Shown here piece after piece: positions 24,846 to 36,800 of a DNA stretch of 64,000 bases. The translations under genes and the position numbers were made by a program. This DNA comes from Selaginella moellendorffii (lineage: Eukaryota > Plantae > Lycopodiophyta). The notes beneath the pieces were generated by a model. The model was not told where the DNA came from. It ran no database searches and saw nothing but the letters and a program-made list of their open reading frames with translations. The DNA lies in contig NW_003314339.1 in NCBI RefSeq assembly GCF_000143415.4, positions 241,751 through 305,750 of the forward strand, written 5' to 3'. Numbering within the stretch: the stretch's first letter is position 1; each line of letters opens with the position of its first letter.

Positions 24846-25076
24846 CTTCCATGTGTCATGTGTTGGTCCTTTTTGGGTCCCTTTTTGAAGCCTCGCTTAT
24901 TGCTCTCTTTGTGCTTGTTCCTCGAGCACTTCGTTGGGAGTTCCACTCCCGCTCTTGACTTTTCAAGTCGGAGCTTTTGGTCCAAACGTGTTACGCTCGT
25001 TTGGCTCTCGCTTCGGCCACTACCATGTGGCGCCCTTCCGGCTCCACTTTGGGGCCTAGGGATTTTGTGTCTCACA

Positions 25077-25092
25077 ACTCCACCACCCATAG
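25077..25092 (-). promoter_or_regulatory. Polypurine-tract-like plus-strand primer site of element C
   Basis: atgggtggtggagt immediately precedes TGTGAGAC of the 3' LTR; the same motif occurs in element B. Confidence 0.65.
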
Positions 25093-28000
25093 ACGAAGTT
25101 CGATATCCTCATCGAACGGTGAACCATTTTATAAAGTAACACCCGCATGTGTTACCATTTCCATCCTTGGCGCGTAGCCAATATTTGTCAATGGTGTGAC
25201 ATTGAAGGCTCACCATGCCTTCTCCATATTCGTCAATGGTTGGACATTGAAGGCTCACCATGCCTTTTGCATATCCTCTAAGGAGGGTAGTCTCTCCAAC
25301 TTAGAGACTGATTGGACCACATATAGTGGTTCTCTCCTTTTATTGGTTTAGTTCTCGCTAAACCTCTTAGAGACCCTTCTCTAAGTCAATCCCACTACTC
25401 CTTCTCAAGTAGTCTCAATTTCCATCAATATAACCTTTGCACTTTGGAACTTTGAATTTTGACTTCTTGGAGTCAATTTCCTAGGTGTCTCCGACACCTT
25501 GCCTTGCACCTTTTGTGCAACTCCACTTCCCATCCTAGGAAGTTCTCTACTCGAGGGCACCATCATCCTCTCTTCTATTTCGTGCCAAAGTTTCAGTTAT
25601 CATATTTTGTGCTAGGGCTGTTCATGGCCCTATCATTTGGCTACCTTACCGCTCCCTCCCTTGGAGCTTCCACTTTCGCCAAATCGGAACATTTCGGAAT
25701 CCCTCCTTGGAAACACACTTCCTTTTCCGCAACTTGTTAGCGTCCAACACATTAGTGTTCCTCGCCTAACTTTGTCACTTGGATTCCTTCCAAGGGATTC
25801 CACGGCCCTATCTTGGCCACTCATCTTTTGCTCCTATCCGTTGATTGTTGCACCAAGCAACATCGAATCTCTACCTCCCTCCTTGAGGTATTGTTTCGGT
25901 TCCATAGCAAAGACTCTTCTTTGCCAAGTCTGGAGGATGTTCACCCCTAGTACATCTCTTTAGCATCTTCTGCTATGGGCTCTATCCACGGCCCAACTTC
26001 GTGACCCTCCCATGGGTCTTTTATAAAGACTACTTTCCTTGGACTCACTATGCCATCGCACGGACATAGTTTATTTCCCTTAGGTGCTCTTCCCACTTGG
26101 TCATCACGACCAAGCCACACCACCTTAAACAGTTCAATTTCAACATTTTGAACCAGGAACTTCATTCCTTAGCCAACCAAGGACCTTGTCCTTATCTGGC
26201 CATAAGATCACCTAGTGATCTCACCTTGGCACCTTAACAGAGTTGCCAAGAGGTACTTGGTCTTCTAGACCTCCAAGTTGTTGACTATAACCCCGGGGGC
26301 ATCCCCCACACTTGGCGGTGCACCCAAGCCAGCCCTTACGGCCAAGGGTTCATAGCAACTGAGATTAGGTGTCCCCATCTCACTCACCACGACCTTGGTG
26401 CCACTTGCACCAAAGCGTTCAAGTTAGATATGCTGAGCTTTCACACTAAGCAATCTAACCGTGCATCATGACTCTGAGGCATCCCTTGCTTGGCGGTGTG
26501 CCCAAACCAGTCTCCCCACTGAGAGCCCATGACCACCGAAATATGAGTGTCCTCATATTCCAAACCATCACCACGCCCTAGTGATTTGGGACTCGAACCC
26601 AAGCACTAGAGGGTCGGGACTCGAACCCAACCTCCGTATATGCATCTACGGACGGCATCACACAAGATGCCTGGCGTGACTCCCCACGCCGGTGCACCAA
26701 CTTATTTTTAAAGCGCGCTACAGATCACAGCTTAGGAACCTAGTTCCTCCACACTGCCAAGTCCTCTCACTTGACATGTCTATGATCATGCATGGACTCC
26801 TCCATGCTCGGCCCCATGGCCCACCCTTTTTGAAGTTATCACCTTCAACTAGGGTATTTGTTCCCCCGACGTGCCAATCTCGCTTGGCAAGTCCTCCGAC
26901 CACTGTAACATGGTTCCTGCATAAGCGTGAAAGTCCTTGACCATCGACTTTCGTTCAAAGCCCTCTCTTTGAACACTCGGGAACTACTTCCCTAACCTTG
27001 ATAGCCTTGCCTCATGGCAAGCTTCAAGACCACGCTTCTGCTGCGCCACTCTGATTTCGCGCATTCCATGAACCATTTACACTTGGCCTTTCTAGGTACT
27101 AAGCTACCTAGAATCGTCTTTGGGAACCTTGAAGGAACTCTGTCCCTCAGCTTGCTAAGGCCTCCCTTTTTGCAAGCCTTCCAAATGCCACATAGTCTAA
27201 CATGGACAATTCCATATTTTAGACTCTCCATGGCATCACGGTTGCTAGCAGCAACACCCTCGAGCCCCCACTTGATTCTCCACTCCCAGCTGGCATAACC
27301 AACCTTGGTTATGCACTTTGATTCCTACGGTTCGGTTCTATCCCCTTACTTCTTGCTTTTTGGCTTCACACCTTTCCTTTGGTCATTCTCCTCCAGACCA
27401 GGAGGATAGCTTTGCACTTTCTATCATGCTTTAGCAAGTATTCTTAGGGATGAACCTACCCAATAGCCTAGGGAGTGGTTCCTCAATCCGGGTATGCTCA
27501 CCTTATAATCCCACACACTGGGATTACATTGTTGCTTATGGGCCTTTACATGCCCATCACTAGCCTTACCAAAATTCCATTTTTGGCTTTGTCCAACTCG
27601 GGTAGACAGTCCTCTCCTGTCTCCGCAACCTTGGACATTTGGATAGCACCTTCTATCCATCATTCGTTAGGGACTTAGTCCCTTGGGCTTTATCCATTGC
27701 CCTCGCGACATCAAACACCACCTTTTGGTGTTCTAGAGTGTTCGGGTGTCCCAATGATGGCTTTCTTGACAATGAGTATTTCCTTTTATGACATTGACTT
27801 ACTATATCGCAACACAAGCAACTTATCCCTCGTAAGGGTATATCCAACTTCCCTATGCTATTAAGAAGTCTTGGGTAGCTACCTTCTACCCGTTTAACCA
27901 GTTATTTTGCACCTCTTGCTTAGTTGCCTCATAGTTGTCAAGTCCTACAACTCATTGCTTGGTGCTTTCACACCTCCATCATTATCTGGGTCACCACACT

Positions 28001-29329
28001 CCAACTGCATGCTCTGCAGCTTAGGCTATGCTATTCCCATTTCCATTGGGATTCCTTTGGCAAGGGGTTCTCATGAACCCACCAACATAGCCTCAAGGTA
28101 TTACACCTTGGCACATTTGGTGTCTCCACACCATCGGCTCCACGAGCCTACCTCTATGACATTTCCCCTTCGTGTCTAAATCTTTGCCAAGATCAACACC
28201 GCTCTTTCTCATGCCAACCATCTGTTAGCACTGCACCATAGAGGTCACACACAACTTTATGTCAAAGTTGTTTTCTTCTGGGAACACCTTTCCCATAACT
28301 TTAGCATGGCCCATTTTGCCATCGATGAGATACCCTCTGTTCTCATCCTTGGATCCTATGATCCCCCCCCCATCCTTTGTGGGGTACAACACACCTCAAT
28401 CCAAATGCTTCCATCAGTCCTTTTAGGACCATCCGTTGACTCTACTTGAGTCATCCAGCAGTTTTGGACTTGGTTAATCCACAGACCCGTAAGGTCCTAC
28501 TTGTGAGGCACTAGCTCACTGGAATACACTTCTTGCATTCCTGTCCTACTCAAAAGAACTATTTTCACAAGTGTTACTCCGACACTTGATTTTGTTCTCT
28601 AGGGGCAACCTTTGCCCCTTAGGACTACTTGTCCATGTGATGAGAACACCAACTCATCCACTTAATACACCCCCAACTCCTTGGGTTGTTCCAGCATTTA
28701 TTAGAGGTAGCCCCGGCTACCTTTTCAAGGACTTGAGTCCTCTTCCGTATTTGACTTCCCACGGTCATTACTTCTGGTCTCACATTCATGAGCACCAACC
28801 TCAACTATATGAGGAAAATCTTGTGACTCCTTTATTGCTTTGGAGTCTTTATCTTTCCCGTGATCCCAACTGTAGTTGTTTACCACAACTACATTAGCCA
28901 GTTTGCTAAGTCAAACGCTCATCTGGATCACATCCTCAACTCTTTGAGGAAAACCATATACTGTTCCCAAGATCCCAAAGTCGTTCCATTATTGGCCCTT
29001 TTCTATCCACCACCTTGTCTACAAGTTCACTGTAGCGCATGTGATCATGGGATGAGATTTGGATATACTGTCACCGTGGATCCTTGGAACCTTGGGGGAT
29101 AAATGGGGATAAAATAGCCACTAAGGGCTCTCTCATCAAGCAATTGCCCCTTTTCCAGTTGGCTTAAGGGGAGAGAGATAAGGTGCGCTACATTCACACA
29201 TGAAATGTAATGGAGAGCCATATCTTCCCGACCTGCTACTCCTCAAGGATAGGCCCACTTCTCGGACCTTCCGTTGCCAACACCAGTGGTGATATACTTG
29301 AGCACCAATAAAAGTCAGACTAAGGAACA

Positions 29330-29341
29330 GCTCCGATACCA
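29330..29341 (-). promoter_or_regulatory. Primer-binding site for initiator tRNA-Met
   Basis: TGGTATCGGAGC on the minus strand, 3 nt from the LTR end (consensus TGGTATCAGAGC). Confidence 0.85.
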
Positions 29342-30349
29342 AATTGTAAGCGACTAAATTTTCCATTCTACTTTAGTCACTTAACCACACCTCTGACCAC
29401 TTGGAGGAGTCTCATTCACAACCTCCATAAGTCCAATCCAGGACTTGGGACTTGCTAGCCCCGAGAATGGCATCCATGCCACTCAACATTTGCACTTGGT
29501 CCGAGTGCTCCACGTGTCCGATCCCATGACCGACACTCAAAGGTACCACCGACATAGCAGCCCGTTACGCTAAGGCCATGCCCAATCACCTTTGCCACAC
29601 TGGTAGTCCAATACCACTTGCATCACCGTCTTGGCTCTCCAAGACTAGGCAAACCATCCGTGAGTGGTCATCTCAGATCCACTCCTTAGCATCCTTAGGA
29701 TGCCCACCGACAAGGGGAATAACCTTCCCCAATATCCCTCTGTCAGTCCCCACTAAGTCCCTTTCTGCCCCTGGCTGTGTTTGCCAACATTGCCACTGGA
29801 TTGAGACCCACAGGCCCGACCACTAAGTCCCACGGTCCTCTGGGACTTCCTCACCACACGACTGTGTCCTTGGTCACTACCCCAGAGGACTGCTCCTCTT
29901 CCTTTCCACAGTCTGGGCCTTTGGGACAACATTTCGGAACACCGTGGCCTTACACGAGACACCTGGGTACTCTCCTCGCCTTCTGCCCTTGGGTGCTCTA
30001 GCCATGGGCTTAGAGCGGGTTCTGTTGAGCCACACCAAGTATCCAAGTAGGTAGTGCCACCCACACTTGGACTGGGAGCATCGGCCAGTCGATCTCCCGG
30101 GGGAACTAGAGCCGGCTCTTGAACACTTCACCAAGCTACCCCGCTTGTCGGTCTGTGTTCACTCTAGTCTTGGACTTCCCAGTGGGCAGCTCATCACCCA
30201 ACACTGGGTCCGGCCTTCCTGGGCCAAACTGGCCTTTCCTGGCCAAACTGGCTCCACTGCAGTCCTCCCCCTACTATACTTTTGGAGCTCACCAAACCCC
30301 CCAGGGTCTAGGAGACGAACGCTTTGGGCTTTCACCCTCTCAGGCTTCG

Positions 30350-30835
30350 AACTCGGACTCGGACTCGGACTCGGACTCGGACTCGGACTCGGACTCGGAT
30401 TCGGACTCGGACTCGGCCTCGGCCTCAGCCTCGGTCTCGGTCTCGGTCCCGATCTCGGTCTCGGTCTCGGTCCCAGTCTCGGTCTTGGTCCCGGTCTCGA
30501 CTTCGGACTCCATCTCGGGTCCATCTCGGACTCCATCTCGGACTCCACCTCGGACTCCATCTCGGGTCCTTCTCGGGTCCATCTCGGACTCCATCTCGGA
30601 CTCCATCTCGGGTCCATCTCGGGTCCATCTCGGACTCCATCTCGAACTCCACTTCGGACTCCATATCGGACTCCACTTCGGGTCCATCTCGGACTCCACT
30701 TCGGGTCCATCTCGGACTCCATCTCGGACTCCACTTCGGACTCCATATCGGACTCCACTTCGGGTCCATCTCGGACTCCACTTCGGGTCCATCTCAGACT
30801 CCAACTCGGGTCCGCCTCGGACTCCATCTCGGACA
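30350..30835. repeat. (GGACTC)n and (GGTCTC)n hexamers followed by the 11-12 bp minisatellite, in the 5' LTR of element C
   Basis: Directly visible tandem repeats. Confidence 0.95.
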
Positions 30836-33800
30836 CTTCCATGTGTCATGTGTTGGTCCTTTTTGGGTCCCTTTTTGAAGCCTCGCTTATTGCTCTCTTT
30901 GTGCTTGTTCCTCGAGCACTTCGTTGGGAGTTCCACTCCCGCTCTTGACTTTTCAAGTCGGAGCTTTTGGTCCAAACGTGTTACGCTCGTTTGGCTCTCG
31001 CTTCGGCCACTACCATGTGGCGCCCTTCCGGCTCCACTTTGGGGCCTAGGGATTTTGTGTCTCACAGTTGTAAGTGATATTCCTCCAAGTGCGTGTTTTC
31101 ATCTATATTTAACCTCCCACGGTCATTAATTCTGGTTTCAAATTCATGAGCATCAACCTCAACTATATGAGGATAATCTTGTGACTCTTTTATTATTTTG
31201 GAGTTTTTACCTTTCCTGTGATTCCAACTATACTTGTTTACCATAACTACATTAACCAAGTTGTTAAGTCAAATGCTCATCTAGATCACATCCTCTTAAA
31301 TGCTCAACTTTTTGAGGAAAATCTTATATTATTCCCAAGATCCTAAAGGCATTTCCTTATTAACCCTTTTCTATCCACCATATTGCTTACAAGTTCATAC
31401 ATGAACTGTAGTGGAGAGCCATGTCCTCCCGACTTGCTACTCCTCAAGGATAGGCCCACTTCTAGGAACTTTTGATGCCAACATAAGTGGTGATATACTT
31501 GAGCACCAATAAAAGTCGGATTAAAGAACAGCCCCAATACCAAATTGTAAGCGACTAAATTTTCCATTTTACTTTAGTCATTTAACCACACCTTTGACGA
31601 GTTCTTGAAATGGTAGCTGGGGCTACCTTTTATAAATGCTGAAAAAAACCGAAGGAGTTAGGGGTGTATTTAGAGGATGAGTTGGTATTCTCATCATATG
31701 AACAGATAGTCTTAAAGGGCAAAGGTAACCTATAGGGAATGGAAAATAATCAAGTGTCGGAGTAACACTTATTGAGATAGTCTTTGTAAGTAAAACATGA
31801 ATACAAGAAGATGTATTTTAGTGAAATGGCATTTCAAAGATAGCCAAAAGGCTAAGACCTTACAAGTCGTCAAATTGGCAAAGTCCAAAAAAGCTAGATG
31901 ACTCAAGTGGTGTCAAGGAATAGTCCTAGAGAACTGGTGGAAGCATTTGGACTAAGGTGTGTTGTACCCTACGAGGGACAAGGAGGATTATAAAATCCAA
32001 GTATGAAAAAAATGTGTATCTTAATAATGGCAAATGTGCCATACTAAAGTCATAAGAAAGGTGTTCCCAGAAAAAAACAACTTTGGCTTAGAGTTATATG
32101 TGAACATTATAGTGTAGTGCTAACTGATAGTTGGCATGAGAAATGACTATGTTGGTCTTGGCAAAGACTTAGACACAAGTGAGAAGTGTCGTAAAGGTAG
32201 ACTCGTGGAGCTAATGGTGTGGAAACACCAAATGTGCCAAGATGTGATGCCTTGAGGTTAAGTTGGCGGGTTTATAAGAACCTTTTACCAAAGAAATCTT
32301 AATGGAAATGGGAATAGTATAGCCTAAGTTGGAAGATATGTAGTTAAAGTGTGATAACCCAAATAATAATGGAGGAGTAGAAGCACTAGCAATGAGTTGT
32401 AGGACTTGATAACTATAAGACAATTAAGCAAAAGATGTAAAATAATTTATTGAATTAGTAGAAGTTAACTATCTATGACTTTTTATTGGGATAAGGAGGT
32501 TAGATATACCCCTTCAAAGGATAAATTGCTTATGCTGAAATATAATAAGTCAATGTCGTAAAAGGAAATACTCATTATCAAAGAAGGTCATTATTGAGAC
32601 ACCAAAACACTCTAAAACACTAGAGAGTAGTATTTGAAATCATAAGAGCATTAGATAAAGCCCAAGGGACTAAATCCCTAGTGAATAATGGATAAAAGGT
32701 GTTATCCAATGTCTACGGTTGCGGAGACGAGAGAAATTCGTCTATCCGAATTGAACAAAGCCAAAAAGGGATTTTGGCATAGTTAGCAATAGGTATAAGG
32801 TGGCCCATGCATAGCGACATTAATCTCAGTGTATGGGATTATACAATGAGTATATCTAAATTGAAGAACCACTCCCTAATTTATTGAGTAAGTTCATCCT
32901 TAAGAATACTTGCTAAGGCAGAGTAGAAAGTGTAAAACTACCCTTTGAGATGGGAGGAGAATAACTAAAAGGAAGGTATAAGGTCAAAAAACAAGTAATA
33001 AAGGGATAGTATCGAACTATAAAAATCAAAGAGCATAACCAAATGTAGTTATGAAAGTTGGGAGTGGAGAATCAAATAGGTGCTAGAACGTGTTACTATT
33101 AGCAATCATGGTGCCATAGAAAGTCTAAAGTATGAAATTATCCATGTTAAACCATATGGCAATTATAAAGCTTGCAAAGGGAGAAGTCTTAGCAAGCTAA
33201 AGGATAGAGTTCCTTCAAGGTTCCTAAAAATAATTTTAATTAGATTAATACTTAGAAAGACAAGTGTAAATAGTTTATAGAATGCGCAAAATCAAAGTGG
33301 TGCAACAGAAACGTGGTCTTGAATCTTGTCATGAGGCGAGGCTATCAAGGTTGAAGAAGTAATCCTTGAGTGTTCAAAGATATGGTTTTGAACAAAAGTC
33401 GATGGTTAAGGGCTTTCACACTTGCATGAAACCATGTTACGCTAGTCGGGTGACTTGCTAAACGAGATTGGTAAGTCAGGGGGGACAAAAATTGTAATTG
33501 AAGGTGTTGACTTCAAAAAGGGGTGGCCCATGAGGTCAAGCATAGATGAGTCCATGCATGATCACAAACTAGTCAAGTGATGATTTAGCAGTTTGGAGGA
33601 ACTAAGTTCCTAAACTGTGATCCATAGCACACTTTAAGTATAAATTGGTGCACTGGCATGGGGAATCATGCTAAGCATCTTAGGTGATGCCATATACAGA
33701 GGTTGGGTTTAAGTCCCAACCCTTTAGTGTTTGGGTCCGAGTCCCAACTCACTACAGTGTAGTGATGGTTTAGAATATGAGGACACTCATTTTTCAATGG

Positions 33801-36800
33801 TTATATATTCTTAGTGAGAAGATTGGCTTGGGCACACTATCAAACGAGGGATGCCGTAGAGTCATAATGCATAGTTAAATTTCTTAGAGTGAAAGCTTGG
33901 CATATTTAACTTGAAGACTTTGGTGCAAATGGCACCAAGGACGTGGTGAATCAAATGGGGACATTCAATCTCAGTTGTTATGGACGCTTGGCCGGAAGGG
34001 CTGACTTGGGTGCACCGCCAAGTGTGGGGGATGCCCCCGAGGTCATGGGCAACAACTTAAAGGTCTAAAAAACCTAATACCTATTGGCAAACCTATTAAA
34101 GTGTCAAGGTTTTATATGATCTTATGTCTAAGCAAGGATAAGGTTTTTGTGAAGGTAAGGAATAAGGTTCTTAGTTTAAAGTGTTAATTTGAACTATTGA
34201 TAATGGTGTGGCTTGGTCAAGGTGACCAAGTTCGAAAAACACATAAAGGAAATGAACTATGATAATATAATGGTATTGTGAGCTCAGGAAAATAATCTCT
34301 AAAAATGGACCTATAGGTGGCTTGCAAAGTTGGGCCATGGATAGAGCTCAAAGTAGAAAATATTAAAGAGACTTATAAAGGGTGAACACCTCTTAGACTT
34401 AGTAAAGCAGAGCATTTGCTATAGAACCAAAAGGATACCTCAAAGATAGAGATAATGATCCTATATTGCTTGGTGCAACAATCAAAAAATAAGAGCAAAA
34501 AACTAATGGCCAAGAATAGGTTATGGAAATCATTGGAAGGAATCTAAATGGCAATGTTAGCCTAGGAAACACTTATATGTTGGATGCTAATGGATTGTGG
34601 GAAAGGAAATATATTTTCAAGGATGAATTCCCAAATACTCCAATTTAGCAAAGGTGAAAACTCCAAGAGAGGGAGCAGCAAAGTAGCTAAATGACAAGGC
34701 TGTGGACAACCCTAGTATAAATTATAGAAAAATGGAACTTAATGCCTAGAATGACACAAAATAAAAGAAAAGATGATTGTGCCTTTAAGTAAAGAACTTC
34801 CTAGGATGGGAAAATGGAGTTTGCACAATACGTGCAATGCAAAGTGTTGGAGACACCTAGGAAATTAACTTTAAGAAGTCAAAATTGAAAATTCCAAAAT
34901 GTGATAGGTATGCTAGTAGAGGCTGAGGCTACTCCTAAATGAGCAATTAAATTGAAATAGAAAAGGTGTCAAGAACAAATTTAGCATGAGCTAAACGAAT
35001 AAAAAGGGAAGGACCACCATTAATGGTCTTATGAGCCTCTTAGTTGGAGAAACTATGCTCCTTAGAGGATGGATAAAGCATACTAAGCCTTTAATGTCAA
35101 ACCATTGACAAATATTGGCTAAGTGTTAAGGATGAGAAGTGGTAATCTATGATGGGGTTACTTTATAAAAATAATTATCGCTCAATGAAGATATCAAACT
35201 TTGTCTATGGGTGGTAGAATTGTGAGACACAAAATCCCTAAGCCCCAAAATGGAGCCAAAAGGGTGCCATGTGGTAGTGGTTGAGGTAGAAGCTAAATGA
35301 GTGTAACATATTTGAGCTAAAAGCTCCAACTCGAAAAGTCAAAAACAGGAGTGGAACTTCTAACAAAGTGCTTAAGGAATGAGCATGAAGCAAGCAATAA
35401 ATGAGTCTATAAAAAGGGGACATAAAAGGACCAACACATGACATGTGAAAGTGTCCGAGATGGAACCCGAAATAGAGTCTGAGATGAACCCGAGATGGAG
35501 TCCATGATGGAGTCCAAAATGGACCCGAGATGGAGTCCAAAATGAAGTCTGAGATGGATCCAAGATGGAGTTTGAAATGGACCCCAGATGGAGTCCGAGA
35601 TGGAGTTTGAAAAGGAGTCAAAGATGGAGTCCAAAATGGACCCGAGATAGAGTCTGAGATGGAATTTGAGATGGACCCGAGATAGGAACTGAGATAGAGT
35701 CCAAGATGGATCCGAGATGGAGTCCAAGATGGAGACTAATATGGACCTGAGATGGAGTCTGAGATGGAGTCCAAGATGGACCCAAGATGGATTCTGAGAT
35801 GGAACCAAGATTGAGACCGAGTCTAAGTCCAAGACCTAGTGGTAATGTTGGTGAACATGGCCATGGACAGAAAGGGACTTGGTAGGGACTGGAAAAGGGA
35901 TATTAGGGAAGGCTATTCCCCATGTTAGCAAGCATTCTAAGAATGCTAAGGAGTGGATCTAGAATGAGCACTTATGAACGGATGGCCCAATCTTTGAGAG
36001 ACGGGACTGTGATGTACATGGTGTTGGATCACTAGTGTGACAAAGGTGAATAGATATGGCTTTAGCGTAACAGATTGATATATTGGTGGTACCTTTGGGT
36101 GTCAATTATGGGATCGGACATGTGGAGCACTTGGACCAAGTGCAAAGGTTAAGTGGCATGGATGCTATTCTTAGGGCTAGTGAGTCCCCAAATTCGAAAG
36201 AAGACTTATGGAGGTTGTGAATTATATTTTTCTAAGTGGTCAGATGTGTGGCTAAGTGACTAAAGTAGAATGGAAAATTTAGTCACTTACAACCATATGA
36301 CTATATTCTTGGTCACTACACTAAAGGATTGTTCTTCTTTCTTTCCACAATCTAGAGATTTGGGATGACATTTCAAAACATCATGGCCTTATACATAAGT
36401 ACTCTCCCCACCTTTCACCCTTACATGCACTAGCCATGTGGCTAAAGCGAGGTTCTAATGAGCCATACCAGATATCCAAGTAAGTAATGCTATCCACACT
36501 TGGATTAAGATTATTGACCATTTGATCTCTTGAAGGAGTTAGAGCCAGTTGTAAGCCACAAATTTTTCCTTTCCAATTTGCCAGCTTACCTCGTCTATCC
36601 GACCAACACTGCCTTGGCTTGTGCTAAGTTCCCTTGCCAAGGTTCTCGCCTATAGTACTAGCTCCTACTTGGTCCTACTTGGTTTCAGCTACTCACTGCA
36701 ATGGAGTGTTAGCCATCCATCTATGGATTCCCAAATCTCTCCCAATCCCCCTCCCCGGGTTAGATTGGACTTAAGGTTCGGCTACACTCCCCGCAGGCAC

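Larger units (their letters stand above)
23543..31066 (-). mobile_element. Inner element C: young full-length non-autonomous LTR retrotransposon (LARD-like)
   Basis: LTRs 23543-25076 and 29345-31066 (TG...CA), about 9 substitutions counted by eye in the first ~950 bp. TSD GTTGT at 23538-23542 and 31067-31071. The 4.3 kb interior has no ORF above ~110 aa and no recognisable gag/pol motifs. Confidence 0.95.
22199..36291 (+). mobile_element. Middle element B: older full-length copy of the non-coding LTR family
   Basis: 5' LTR starts tgtgagac at 22199; 3' LTR 35221-36291 (tgtgagac...cacttaca); PPT-like atgggtggtagaat before 35221; TSD ACCAT at 22194-22198 and 36292-36296. Confidence 0.88.

Noticed and set aside
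24265-25139. Overlapping 120-230 aa ORFs in all frames (SDSISD, RTPSR, WSPRW repeats)
   Set aside because: Artefacts of a stop-free minisatellite inside the LTR; the same applies to 30067-31129 and 35238-35832.
26575-26700. Bona fide tRNA gene
   Set aside because: T-arm motifs are present, but no acceptor stem, D-arm or anticodon arm of canonical spacing.
23543-31066. Retrozyme (hammerhead-containing LTR element)
   Set aside because: No CUGANGA...GAAA core with proper stems was seen; the closest is GTGATGAG. An Infernal search would be needed to exclude it fully.
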